From Candidatus Latescibacterota bacterium (GTDB lineage Bacteria; Latescibacterota; UBA2968; GCA-2709665), in contig OZ241917.1 of assembly GCA_965203805.1 (NCBI GenBank), positions 2,528,001 to 2,592,000 of the forward strand: 64,000 nucleotides of DNA, read 5' to 3'. A program made the translations under genes and the position numbers. The notes under the pieces were generated by a model, which was not told where the DNA came from, did not search any database, and saw only the letters and a program-made list of their open reading frames with translations. This document shows positions 40,283 through 50,836 of this stretch, in pieces (within the stretch, counting starts at the first letter, position 1; the number at the start of each line of letters is the position of its first letter).

Positions 40283-40792
40283 GTAACTGATAATCTAACG
40301 TTCCGCGTTAGACGTCGCGTGCTTGTGCTCTCTTAACGCGAACACCAGCACTGTAATTTTCGGCGTGTTGTCTTTGATGGGTTCATTCGATCAAGTTGGC
40401 GTCAAGACTGATGCGAGGGGCTCCGTTGACTGTTCCGCCCCGGTCTGTATTGAATTCATTTATTCGACAAATCAATTTATCCGCAATCTATCGACACGCG
40501 TATCCGAAGAACCGTCCAAGGCAGGTTGAACAGTGCGCGCTACAGGTAGCGTGCCGAATCAACTGTTGGGCCGACTCCGACGGTCTTACTTCGAAGTAGG
40601 CATTGTAGCTCTACACCGATGGTCAAACTTACCGAGAGAACTGAAAGGCTCGAGGGTGCCTCCCTCGGGGTTTTTTAATTTGATGGTGAAAACCCTTAAC
40701 GGGTCTTTCAGATTTAATTCATCAACATTTCGATACGCATTCTTAACACGCGAATTTTGGTATGCACTGTTTTATTGTGGGGCGGTCGAACG

Positions 40793-42109
40793 ATGCTTGA
40801 CGTGATCTCCAAACCCGCAGGGCAAATTGGCGAAAATGACATAGAGGCGCTTATCAGAATGGAAGTCCCTGAGGGCGACCAGATCGAATTCAAAGAAAGT
40901 CTCCGTAGGCGGACCAGTTCCGCGGATCCCTGGATTCTCGGGGAGAATAAAGTTGGTGAAGGAGCCAGGAACGAAATACTTGAGGAAGTCGTAGCGTTTG
41001 CAAATGCCCACGGCGGTGCTCTTCTTGTCGGTATCCGTGAATCCGAGTCCAAACCGCATGTCGCCTCAGAGATTAAGCCACTGCCTCGATGTGTTGAATT
41101 GGCCGAACGCTTCGGGCTCATGTTTCGTGATTGCGTAGAACCCCAAGTTCCCGTCGTTGAGGTGTTTGGAGTGCGGACCAAAGGCGAAAGTGGCGTTGTC
41201 ATTATCCGGGTTGGGCGTTCACGCCTGGCGCCACATCGCGTTGGCACTACCCGCAATTGTACGGTTCGCCGAGCAGATCGATGTGAAAAAATGACTATGC
41301 GGGAGATTCAAGACATGACACTGAATGTATCAAGGGGGATGGAGCGCCTTGATAAACGGCTCGCGGATCGGTCAGAGCGTTTCCGTCAGGAGCTTGGCAG
41401 ATTAGAAACCCCGGATGATTCGTACGCATTGCGATTCACTGCGTTACCGGTTGGAGAGGAAATCAGCTATGAACGCGTTTATGACAGGCAGGGTATAATC
41501 CCGGAATTGCGCGTACCATGGTGTGCAGTGACGCGTATTAGAGGCAACATCCGACAGAATCTGGGAGTTCGGCATCAATTTCCACCGGTGTATTGGCGGC
41601 CTATTCTCCGTGGTGCCAGGGCAGACATCAATTCCAGTCTGAACAGACAATCGTACCTTGGATACCAAGAACTGCATTGCGATGGAACCGTAGAGGCGGG
41701 ATTCGCCGCTTGCAACAAAGAGTCACGTCTTGATCCGAATCTAGCTCTTTCGCTTTTCGCCAATACTGCCAATTGGGCCAACCACGTCAGGAACCAATCA
41801 TCGCCACCTATACTGGAATTCGCTATTGAAGTAGAAATACGTGTTGCTGGGAAATTGCTTACGGTGCGTTTGCCTGACGACGATGTCTTAAATGCAGTGA
41901 TTTTTCCGGCGACGGCTGAAGAAGCTGGCGTGAGATTCGAACGCCTTGCTCCGCGGGTCTCGAACGCAAAATTTCCGGTATATACTCTCAACTCGGAAGT
42001 AACCCCGGTGGATCTTCTGGCGATATTTAGCCAAGACTTTTGGAATTGGTTGGGTAAGTACGTTCCCAGTAATACGGAAGAGTTCGTGATTGGCCAGTGG
42101 CAACTATAG
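40793..42109 (+). CDS. AlbA_2/Schlafen domain protein
   Basis: EGDQIEFKE, VAFANAHGGALLVGIRE, APH...VRR motifs; uncharacterised C-terminal half. Confidence 0.85.
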   Translation: MLDVISKPAGQIGENDIEALIRMEVPEGDQIEFKESLRRRTSSADPWILGENKVGEGARNEILEEVVAFANAHGGALLVGIRESESKPHVASEIKPLPRCVELAERFGLMFRDCVEPQVPVVEVFGVRTKGESGVVIIRVGRSRLAPHRVGTTRNCTVRRADRCEKMTMREIQDMTLNVSRGMERLDKRLADRSERFRQELGRLETPDDSYALRFTALPVGEEISYERVYDRQGIIPELRVPWCAVTRIRGNIRQNLGVRHQFPPVYWRPILRGARADINSSLNRQSYLGYQELHCDGTVEAGFAACNKESRLDPNLALSLFANTANWANHVRNQSSPPILEFAIEVEIRVAGKLLTVRLPDDDVLNAVIFPATAEEAGVRFERLAPRVSNAKFPVYTLNSEVTPVDLLAIFSQDFWNWLGKYVPSNTEEFVIGQWQL

Positions 42110-42244
42110 GCACACGTTGCACACCCAAACGCGAATGGCTTGATCAGCCCCCTTAAAGTTCAACTTACGTTCGGCCAAAGTGACCTGCAAATTTGAAAAC
42201 GCGGACAATGAATATGACTTCAATGCCATAGGAGTTCTGAGTCT

Positions 42245-45200
42245 ATGCGCTTTCGCGACCAGAGTCACATAGACCAAGTGCGTGAAGCCCTATGGAGACG
42301 TAACGGTTGCGCTTCCGTCATGATTGGAAGCGGATTCAGTAGGAATGCGCAAAATATCCGACCGGACGCACAAGAGCTTCCAACCTGGCGTGAAGTTGGA
42401 CGCGCGATTCACAATAAGCTTTATCAGCAAGAAGACTGTAGCAGCCTTGGGGAGGATATTGTCCAAACACCGGGTGCCGACAACATATTGAGACTTGCCC
42501 AAGAGTATAAGGCTTCATTCGGAAGGCCAGATCTGAACCGGTTTTTGAGACAACTCATCCGGGATGAAGACTACAAACCCGCATGCGCGCATTTAAGGTT
42601 GCTACGTCTTCCCTGGCGGAATATTTTCACCACGAATTGGGACACCCTGTTGGAGCGGGCGAGTAATTCTGTAGCACAATACAACTACAGCATTGTCCGA
42701 ACAATGAACGAAATTCCGCTGGCGTTTGAGAAACGAATCGTAAAACTGCACGGATCGCTTCCGGACTATTTCCCGCTAATAGTCACTGAAGAGGACTACC
42801 GGACCTATCCAGCGAAATTCGCTCCGTTCGTGAACACTGTGCAGCAGGCCATGATGGAGACAGTGTTCTGCCTGATCGGGTTTTCCGGAGATGATCCGAA
42901 TTTTCTCCGGTGGTCGGGATGGGTTCGAGACAATCTGGGTGACGCAGCGCCTAAGATATATCTGGCCGGATGGCTGGGACTGTCGACACACAGGCGCCGC
43001 ATGCTTGAAGATCACAACGTTGTTCCCATAGACCTCGCGCATCATCCGCAGGCGAATACATGGCAAGATCACCTGCGTCATGGCTTAGCTATGGACTGGA
43101 TCCTTTACACGCTGGAAAGAGGACGTCCATATGACACGATAGACTGGCCAGCGATGCGGACGTGGGAACATGAACCAATCCCTGATCAACTTGAGCCAAT
43201 TGTCAAGCTGGATCTTGCAGAACCGAAGAGTGAGGCGCTTACACTACCAACCGAGAAATCGAAGAATTCGTCGGATTCGGTGAGAGAGATTCTCGACGCC
43301 TGGAGCCACAACAGGCGCCTCTATCCAGGCTGGCTGATTGCACCAGCCAGCGTGCGACACGTGATGAGTTCAAACACTGACGATTGGGAACCCCACGTCT
43401 TGGACGTAAGCGATTTCGCGCCATTGAAAAGGCTCAATGCGATCTACGAGTTGGTATGGCGCCGAGAGATCTTATTGGACCCGATTTCTTCGAGACTTGA
43501 GTCCGCTGCCGTAAATGCTCTTAAACCAATTGACTGCCAGAGTCGTACCATAGATGGAACTGAAGATCAGGCTATTGACTGGGTTAACGTTGGAAAGGCA
43601 TGGCGCACCGTCGCGCTTGCTCTCGTGACGGCTGCTCGCCTCCGTTTCGATCACGACCTCTTCAAAGAGCGGATCGACGACTTATCATCCTATTTCCGAA
43701 ACGATCCAGACGTCTCGCAGCGGGTTCATCATGAACGCTGTCTGTGGGCATTGTATTCAATGGATTTTAACGCTTTGGAGAGCTTGCTCAATGACTGGCG
43801 GACGGAAGACTGCGACCCGGCATGGATGTTACGAAAAGCCTTGTTCTTCTTCGAAGTGAATCGAATCGACGAAGCATCTAAATTGTTTGACCGGTGTCTC
43901 TCGGCAATCCGGCGAATAAGAGAGGAAGAAGACGACCTCGCCGGTCCATCTCGCGAGGGTTGGGCTTTATGGATGAAAAGGGCACTTGAGTGGCGCAGAT
44001 GGCCGAGACGCGAGGACGAAGACCCGCCGTCAGACGAGCCGTTTCGCCGAAGATGGAGAAAATTGGCTGTGCTAAAATGCAGCGCTCTTGACGAGAGAGA
44101 ACAGTTTATCAACGATATGAAGGAAAGAGTGCAGGAATCAGGCGCACCGCCATTTGACCTCGGTGTCCGTACTCACCCCGGGCTTGTTTTTGCGAACGAA
44201 ACAGACAATCGATGGTTTGCGGCGCGGCGCGCCGTCAGACTTTGCGAGACAGCTGGATTGCCCAACTTCGGATCGGGTGTGCTTAAGTCAGCCATAAGTC
44301 ATTTGTTCAAAACGGAACCTGAACTGGCATTGTGTCTTGTTCTCCGAGCTTTAGACTACGATGAGGATCCCGTACTCAAACACGTCTTGTCTCGTACCAA
44401 CATTGCGAGGCTAGATGCCGAGACTGCGAATAGGCTGTCGGAAATGTGTGTCAAATCAACCGATTACGCTCGCCCGCGCCTGTTTAGGGCGGGCAAATAT
44501 CCACGAGACATTTTCTGGATTGAGCGGATGCGTGTCGCTATGGAGGTGTTGTCACGGCTAACACTTCGGCTATCGCCTAGCAAAGTAGAAAGGACTTTTG
44601 ATCAGGCATTGGAATATTACCGAGATCATCAGGTGGCTCAAGAACTGTGGCTGATGGGCCCCGTACGAAATCTACTGAATCGCTCGTGGGAGGCTCTACC
44701 GCAAGATCGACGCCAAGATCGAGTCCTTGATGTGCTGGGTGCGCCACTCTTAGGGTTGGGCAAATTTACGTCCGATTGGCAAAAATTCCCGACACCTGAG
44801 GAACTCCTCGATATTGAACTTCGACCACCTGATCGTACAAACGACAACGAAGTCCGCTGGCAAGAAATCGTCAAGCTTATCTTGCGGGGCCTTCTTGCCG
44901 GCGGTGTGGCACGCAAACGAGCGTCTCGCAGACTCGCTTCAGTAGCCTTTTGGAACCGTCTAGACCCAACCGAAGTCGCCGAAATCAGCGATGCTCTTTG
45001 GAACGAACAGTACACGCCCGCTGATGGTCTCCCTGGTGAAACCGAGCTCTTTGACTGGGTGTTCTTGTTGCTTCCCGAGCCGACACAAGGTTTGGCGGAA
45101 CACAACTTTCGCCGCAAGTGGCTCGTTGTCAGTGGTTTATCTCGGGATGAAAGACCCAGCCTTGACGATATAATCTGGCAAGTGGGCATAGCCATAGCTG

Positions 45201-46054
45201 GCTTGAAGGCACACGGTTATTCATTTACTTTATCGGACGAGGAGCAGTCCTATCTAATTCGCCTCGTTGGTGAATGGTCAACCAGACTTGTGCCTCCCCG
45301 TTTCTATCTCTCAATCGAGACCGAACACAGCAAATCCACTCGCCAAGCCGTCGACGGTCTTCGAACGGTCCTTTCTGAAGTCAAAATCCCTGAAGCTACT
45401 GCCGAGAAATTGTCCAAGAAAGTGTTGAAATTGAACGCGGACAGGATTCCCGCGTTCGGACTTACAGCCGGGCTCGTCAGGGCAATGCCGAACCGAATTG
45501 ACGATATCGCCCATGCGATGAGGACAGGGCTAGCATCCCAGGACGAATTACTCGCTAATAATGCAGCAGCAGGCTTATATCATTGGCTGACGACATCGGC
45601 TGAGGTCGTTTCGCAGGTCCAGCGCCCGCCAAACGACCTAGTTCGTGAGATCGGTATCATGATCGCCGCCCGTAGGAAGGGACCTCTTTCCCAGGCTCTG
45701 CAGATCGCGAAATGGGTGTTTGATGAGGGAAACGACGAACAGAAGGAGGATATTCGTCAGTTGGCGTTGGATGGTCTCGGTTATCTGCTTGAAGAGTTAC
45801 GGTACGACAGGGAGCATGATCAGGACGAAAAAATTGACATTCCGTTGCTGCGGTGGCGTAGCGCCCAACTTGCTCTATCAATGGCGAAGCACGGTTACAG
45901 AGATGACTCGACCATCTCCCGCTGGTTGGAGGTCTCCGGGGAAGATCCACTACCCGAAGTCCGATACGTTAATGATCCGCCTTATTTTCGTGGGCCTGAC
46001 AGCAAGGAGCGCGATGGCCACGATGAGGAAGGTACAGGGTCACTCGACGAGTAG
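42245..46054 (+). CDS. Large SIR2-like domain defence protein
   Basis: IGSGFSRN, FTTNWDTLLE, KLHGS, LIGFSGDDPNF, then about 950 aa of helical sequence. Confidence 0.88.
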   Translation: MRFRDQSHIDQVREALWRRNGCASVMIGSGFSRNAQNIRPDAQELPTWREVGRAIHNKLYQQEDCSSLGEDIVQTPGADNILRLAQEYKASFGRPDLNRFLRQLIRDEDYKPACAHLRLLRLPWRNIFTTNWDTLLERASNSVAQYNYSIVRTMNEIPLAFEKRIVKLHGSLPDYFPLIVTEEDYRTYPAKFAPFVNTVQQAMMETVFCLIGFSGDDPNFLRWSGWVRDNLGDAAPKIYLAGWLGLSTHRRRMLEDHNVVPIDLAHHPQANTWQDHLRHGLAMDWILYTLERGRPYDTIDWPAMRTWEHEPIPDQLEPIVKLDLAEPKSEALTLPTEKSKNSSDSVREILDAWSHNRRLYPGWLIAPASVRHVMSSNTDDWEPHVLDVSDFAPLKRLNAIYELVWRREILLDPISSRLESAAVNALKPIDCQSRTIDGTEDQAIDWVNVGKAWRTVALALVTAARLRFDHDLFKERIDDLSSYFRNDPDVSQRVHHERCLWALYSMDFNALESLLNDWRTEDCDPAWMLRKALFFFEVNRIDEASKLFDRCLSAIRRIREEEDDLAGPSREGWALWMKRALEWRRWPRREDEDPPSDEPFRRRWRKLAVLKCSALDEREQFINDMKERVQESGAPPFDLGVRTHPGLVFANETDNRWFAARRAVRLCETAGLPNFGSGVLKSAISHLFKTEPELALCLVLRALDYDEDPVLKHVLSRTNIARLDAETANRLSEMCVKSTDYARPRLFRAGKYPRDIFWIERMRVAMEVLSRLTLRLSPSKVERTFDQALEYYRDHQVAQELWLMGPVRNLLNRSWEALPQDRRQDRVLDVLGAPLLGLGKFTSDWQKFPTPEELLDIELRPPDRTNDNEVRWQEIVKLILRGLLAGGVARKRASRRLASVAFWNRLDPTEVAEISDALWNEQYTPADGLPGETELFDWVFLLLPEPTQGLAEHNFRRKWLVVSGLSRDERPSLDDIIWQVGIAIAGLKAHGYSFTLSDEEQSYLIRLVGEWSTRLVPPRFYLSIETEHSKSTRQAVDGLRTVLSEVKIPEATAEKLSKKVLKLNADRIPAFGLTAGLVRAMPNRIDDIAHAMRTGLASQDELLANNAAAGLYHWLTTSAEVVSQVQRPPNDLVREIGIMIAARRKGPLSQALQIAKWVFDEGNDEQKEDIRQLALDGLGYLLEELRYDREHDQDEKIDIPLLRWRSAQLALSMAKHGYRDDSTISRWLEVSGEDPLPEVRYVNDPPYFRGPDSKERDGHDEEGTGSLDE

Positions 46055-46183
46055 AGGGGAATTGATTCAGGTTGATTGTTGGCAATTACAGGTAGACAGT
46101 TGTTCGGGAAGTACCTGTCGATTTTTCTACTCATGAGGGTATCGACGCACCCGTTCGGTCGCGGGAAAACTCAAGGAGAAACC

Positions 46184-47101
46184 ATGGCTATTCCGGATTT
46201 CCAGTCAATCATGTTGCCGCTGTTAACAATGGCCGGTGATCGACAAATCCATCGACTCCGCGAAAGCGTGGCGATTCTTGCAAAGGACTTTAGATTGACG
46301 GAGGAAGAGACAACAGAGCTTGTACCAAGTGGTCAACAACCACGGTTTCACAATCGAGTCGCTTGGGCAAGAACGCACCTTAAAAAAGCCGGACTTTTGG
46401 AGTCTCCGAATCGGGGCTCTTTTCGTATCACGGACCGGGGTCTTGGTGTTTTGGCCAAGAGGCCTTCCCAGATAGACTCCGAATTTCTCAAGCAATTCGA
46501 CGAGTACAGGACGTTCCGGCAGCCTCGTCTTACGGGGACCGAATCGGCTGCAGCAAACGAATTGGACGACGATCTTGTTCAAGGACCCCCGGTGGAATTC
46601 CTTGATGAGGCATATCATGTGTTCAGACAGAACCTAGCGAGTGAGATTTTGGAAACCGTTAAAGGATCTCCCGATTGGTTTTTAGAAAAGCTCGTTGTGG
46701 ATCTGCTGGTGAAAATGGGTTACGGCGGCTCTCGGCAAGAAGCAGGTAAGGCCATTGGGCGCTCCGGAGATGGGGGCATAGATGGCATTATAAAGGAGGA
46801 CCGTCTTGGCTTGGATATCATTTACGTACAGGCTAAGCGATGGGAGAAGGATGTCCACAGACCGGAGGTCCAGAAGTTCGCGGGAGCACTTCAGGGACGG
46901 CACGCCCGCAAGGGGGTTTTTATCACAACGTCGGACTTCTCAACTGGAGCCTGTAAATACGCCGAGCGTATCGAGTCCAAGATCATCCTGATCCGTGGCG
47001 CCGAACTTGCCGAACTCATGATCGAACATGACGTTGGCGTGGTGACCGAGGCCACACATACATTGAAGAAGATAGATCCCGAATACTTTCCGGATGAATG
47101 A
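46184..47101 (+). CDS. mrr: Mrr type IV restriction endonuclease
   Basis: MAIPDFQSIMLPLL, NRVAWARTHLKKAGL, DGGIDG, YVQAKRW, GVFITTS. Confidence 0.93.
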   Translation: MAIPDFQSIMLPLLTMAGDRQIHRLRESVAILAKDFRLTEEETTELVPSGQQPRFHNRVAWARTHLKKAGLLESPNRGSFRITDRGLGVLAKRPSQIDSEFLKQFDEYRTFRQPRLTGTESAAANELDDDLVQGPPVEFLDEAYHVFRQNLASEILETVKGSPDWFLEKLVVDLLVKMGYGGSRQEAGKAIGRSGDGGIDGIIKEDRLGLDIIYVQAKRWEKDVHRPEVQKFAGALQGRHARKGVFITTSDFSTGACKYAERIESKIILIRGAELAELMIEHDVGVVTEATHTLKKIDPEYFPDE

Positions 47102-47274
47102 GGTTTTGTTCGGCTGGCGCAAATTCCGATCAGACGGAAAAACTCCTTGGGCAGCGTTTCCTAGGAATCACCCTCCTCCAACAATTCCACGACTTGCTAC
47201 GTTCCTGGGTGCGATACAACTTCGGGTTGAACTACCACTTACCTCAGACTGAACCGGGTATGTAAGGAGGAATT

Positions 47275-48300
47275 ATGACGATTCCTGAGCTTGCTGATGA
47301 ATTGAATCACCATTCATCCGAATACGAGATTGGCGATCTGCAAGAGCAGAGGGTCAATTTGCACGGCCTTAAGCGTGCTCCATGTCGCGGCATATTCGGT
47401 ACCCGAACTATCCACGAAGCGTACGCCTTTCATGTCGGAGGCAGAAAGGAGTTACAGTTCAACATCGGGCAAGAACTGATCGATGATGTCGAAGTGATCC
47501 GATATGGGGTTGCTTTTTCGCTTGAACTGAGCCAGACGCTTCCGCGACTTGATCCGTTATTTCCTAAGATTCAGCGATTCAACGAATACGTGATTGAACA
47601 CTTGGAAGACTATCCCAGTTTTATGATGTGGTACCACGACACCAACCGGGGATACATGAGCGAAGATTGTCCGGTTGGACAAATCGAAGTCGACTTGGTA
47701 AAGCCCGGAAACTTTATCATGTTGGGTAGAAGAGTTGCACAGGATGAAGTGGATGTTCGGGGTATCCTTGAAGGCTTCGACAGTTTGCTCCCACTGTATT
47801 ACTATGTCGAAGGATCAGCACAGAGTCCGGCGTTCACAATGGAGCCGGATTTCACCCCCGGCTGCCCGGACTTCATCGAGAGCACTACCGCTCGACATAG
47901 AGGAAAGACGGTGGATGTGGCTTTGCGGCATCAAACACTCCAGATGGCGTTGTATAAGCACCTTTGCCAAGAGGCCGGATACGAAAACGTTCAGATGGAG
48001 CGTCATCTGAATATCGGGGTCAGCGTTGACGGCGTCGTCCACCTAAATGGGAAACAGACATTCTATGAAGTGAAGGTCGCGTCGTCCGTACGATCATGCG
48101 TCCGCGCCGCAGTGGGCCAACTGATCGAATACTGCCACTGGCCTTCGGCTGACCGCGCGAGCGAAATGATAGTGGTTGGTGAAGCGGAGTCGGACTCAGA
48201 CAGCAAGGCTTACCTTGATCTTCTGCGCCAACAATTCGGCTTGCCGCTCTGGTATCGCCGCATCGACATGGAGAATGATGCTCTCGAAGGGAAGACATAG
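47275..48300 (+). CDS. Putative PD-(D/E)xK nuclease
   Basis: C-terminal VD...FYEVK...AVGQLIEY; AAGGAGG RBS. Confidence 0.7.
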   Translation: MTIPELADELNHHSSEYEIGDLQEQRVNLHGLKRAPCRGIFGTRTIHEAYAFHVGGRKELQFNIGQELIDDVEVIRYGVAFSLELSQTLPRLDPLFPKIQRFNEYVIEHLEDYPSFMMWYHDTNRGYMSEDCPVGQIEVDLVKPGNFIMLGRRVAQDEVDVRGILEGFDSLLPLYYYVEGSAQSPAFTMEPDFTPGCPDFIESTTARHRGKTVDVALRHQTLQMALYKHLCQEAGYENVQMERHLNIGVSVDGVVHLNGKQTFYEVKVASSVRSCVRAAVGQLIEYCHWPSADRASEMIVVGEAESDSDSKAYLDLLRQQFGLPLWYRRIDMENDALEGKT

Positions 48301-48680
48301 GGCCAATGCTCGAAGTGGGGCACGCGCGGACGATGAGCCCAAAGTGCGATGGATCCGTCGCAACAGATTTTCAAGAGGAGGATCGGCATGCGAGCGATAA
48401 TTCTGTTGATTTGCACAATTCAGGTTTTCTGTAGTACAATCAAAGCGCAGCATCCCGACCCGCATAGGTTTCAACAAAGAGGCTTCATCAATTGGAATTG
48501 GCGAAAAATGCTGGTTTTCGCAGACATACTACAATCATAAGCCGTATTTTTCCGTGGAGTCATTAGAGGGTATACAAGGTCAGGAGGTCCGCGTTGTCAC
48601 CTTTGATAATCCGAAATGCATGCGCGACGATCTTTCAGGTTTTGACACCGATGTTTCACAAATGCTGAATCATCGAATGA

Positions 48681-50583
48681 TGAGTCCACTCCGAAAAGTC
48701 GAGTTTACTTATTGGCAAAAAAGTACTAAATTCGAGGTATCGACAGGCTTCAGAGTCGCTGCCGTAGAATCGAAAAAAATGGCGAGGGCGATATGTTTAG
48801 AAGGAGTGCCCCTTCAAGTGCGCCGGATCTGTTTCGCAGTTTTGAGTCTCATCTCACAGGTCGGAAGCGGAACCGGCTCAATGATCCGTTGTGCTGGCAT
48901 AATCTGTTTTACGAGCACATCACGTCAAAGGTGGATGAGGATAACTTCCGTGTGGTGTATGCCGCTGACGTAGGGCGTCCTAATGCGCCGATTCGTCAGT
49001 TGGTGTCGATGATGATCATCAAGGAGGGTTTTGGGTGGAGCGATGCCCACCTTTTCGATCAATGTCGGTTCAACATCCTGGTGATGGGTGCATTGGGATT
49101 GGCGAATCTTACGGATGAAGTGCCTGTCGAGTCCACGTATTATCTGTTCAAGCAGGCGTTGTATTTGTATCAACTGGAGACCGGTCGCGACCTGATCGGC
49201 GAGACCTTTGCCAGCTTAACGAAGACGCAGGCCAAGGCCTTTGGTGTGTTGGGTCAGCAGATTCGAATGGACAGCCTGCCTGCGCCGGATACTCGGCAGG
49301 CAGGTAAGTTGATCGGCTCGAACATTGCGCTTTGTTGTCGGTTGCAGTTGGTGGTGGGTTGCGTACAAGGGTTCTGGAGGTCGTTGGACCAGGCCCAAAA
49401 ACAACGATCATCGGCAGCGGATCAGCAGGTTTTGGAGGCTCTGATCCAGGGGAAGCCTCATCAGGTTGTCTACGGTCTCACCAGTCGTGAAAAAGGCGAG
49501 AAGCTCCAGGAATTGGGGCTGTTATTGAGCAGGCTACAAGCGACCTATACCGAGAAGGACAGCGACCAATACGATCTGATCGTGCGTGTTTTTGGGGACC
49601 ACTATACGGTTTCATCTTCCCCCGAGGAGGTGCTGCCCAAGCCGCATGAAGCGATCTGTTCATCCTCGTTGCAGTCTGCCCATGATGAAGAGGCGGCCTT
49701 TCGCAAGAAAGGGAAGGACAAGGTGAAAGGGTATACGGTCAACCTCACCGAGACCTGTGATGAGGAGGGCCTCAATTTGATCACGGACGTTGACGTCAAA
49801 CCCGCGACGCGTCCCGACAATGCGTTTGTCCAAGGCGCCATACAGAGGACGCAACAGGTGGTGGGCGACGTCGTCGAAGTGTCAATGGATGGGGCCTATA
49901 ATGATCAATCCAACGCCGAGTATGCCGACGAAAACGACAAGCAATTCTTTTACAGTGGCCTGCAAGGAAAGCCAGGGCGTTTCCGTTATGAACGCACAGC
50001 AAAAGGCGTCACCGTCACCGATCAACAAACCGGAGAACTTCACATCGCCCAGGAATACAAACCGGGAAAATACAAAATCATCATCGATGGCAAAGCACGA
50101 TACTTTCAGGAACATCACATCGACACTTACCTCAGACGCAAACAGATGGAAGCCCTGCCTGACCCCATCAGAAAACGACCTGCCTGCGCCGAGTTCGCTG
50201 CCTCGCCTGCTTCAGCAGGCAGGTGCTCGGCAGGCAGGCGCAATAACGTCGAAGCCAGCATCTTCCAGTTGAGCTACTACACCAAAAATGGCAAGACGCG
50301 CTATCGCGGATACAGGCCACACCAACTGTGGGCGCGCTGTCGTGGCCTATGGGTCAACCTCGTTCGGATCCAAAACTACCTCACAACACCCTCGACGCTC
50401 CCCGCATAAGAGGGGCTTTCTTGTCCAAAACCCCCATACCACACACCCACAGCACCTTCACAGGTCGCCCCTGAGCCGGTACGCCCCACCTACACCGGAT
50501 CTCGTCGACACACACGAAATCACAAATTCCAACGCTGACCACTTACATCCGGCTCTCATTACCCCGTTTTCGGAGGGGACTCA
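48681..50583 (+). mobile_element. Complete IS (IS1182/IS5-like)
   Basis: IRs TGAGTCCACTCCGAAAA / TTTTCGGAGGGGACTCA; 4-bp ATGA target duplication at 48677-48680 and 50584-50587. Confidence 0.88.
48793..50409 (+). CDS. DDE transposase (DUF772-like N-terminus) with two in-frame palindrome inserts
   Basis: GRPNAP, RMDS, KGY, DGAY, RNNVEA, TRYRG. Confidence 0.88.
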   Translation: MFRRSAPSSAPDLFRSFESHLTGRKRNRLNDPLCWHNLFYEHITSKVDEDNFRVVYAADVGRPNAPIRQLVSMMIIKEGFGWSDAHLFDQCRFNILVMGALGLANLTDEVPVESTYYLFKQALYLYQLETGRDLIGETFASLTKTQAKAFGVLGQQIRMDSLPAPDTRQAGKLIGSNIALCCRLQLVVGCVQGFWRSLDQAQKQRSSAADQQVLEALIQGKPHQVVYGLTSREKGEKLQELGLLLSRLQATYTEKDSDQYDLIVRVFGDHYTVSSSPEEVLPKPHEAICSSSLQSAHDEEAAFRKKGKDKVKGYTVNLTETCDEEGLNLITDVDVKPATRPDNAFVQGAIQRTQQVVGDVVEVSMDGAYNDQSNAEYADENDKQFFYSGLQGKPGRFRYERTAKGVTVTDQQTGELHIAQEYKPGKYKIIIDGKARYFQEHHIDTYLRRKQMEALPDPIRKRPACAEFAASPASAGRCSAGRRNNVEASIFQLSYYTKNGKTRYRGYRPHQLWARCRGLWVNLVRIQNYLTTPSTLPA

Positions 50584-50836
50584 ATGATCAATTTGAGGAT
50601 ATCGAGTTGGTATTTGCAAACATACGTAAAAAGAGATGCAAAATTCGATGTCGACAACCTCCGTCCGAACGGAAAATACGAAGCCAGAGGCAAGTGCATT
50701 CAGTCAAAGACATACCCATCGAAAGGGATCGCGGTTGATTACGTTACTAACGGTCGAAGTATCACACATGTCTATCACACAATGGCACTGGCCGGGTGCG
50801 GAAGTGCCAAGTAGGGGAATCGTGCAAGTAACGTCA

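Larger units (their letters stand above)
48388..50814 (+). pseudogene. Secreted-protein gene remnant split by the IS
   Basis: Removing the IS and one ATGA joins ...LNHRM to INLRISSW... in frame; signal-peptide-like start at 48388 is in another frame. Confidence 0.45.

Noticed and set aside
40294-40345. attC-like ATCTAAC...GTTAGAC after the 38900 gene (integron cassette)
   Set aside because: Cores only 7 bp apart, no complete L''/L'/R' arrangement, no similar sites after neighbouring genes and no intI in the window
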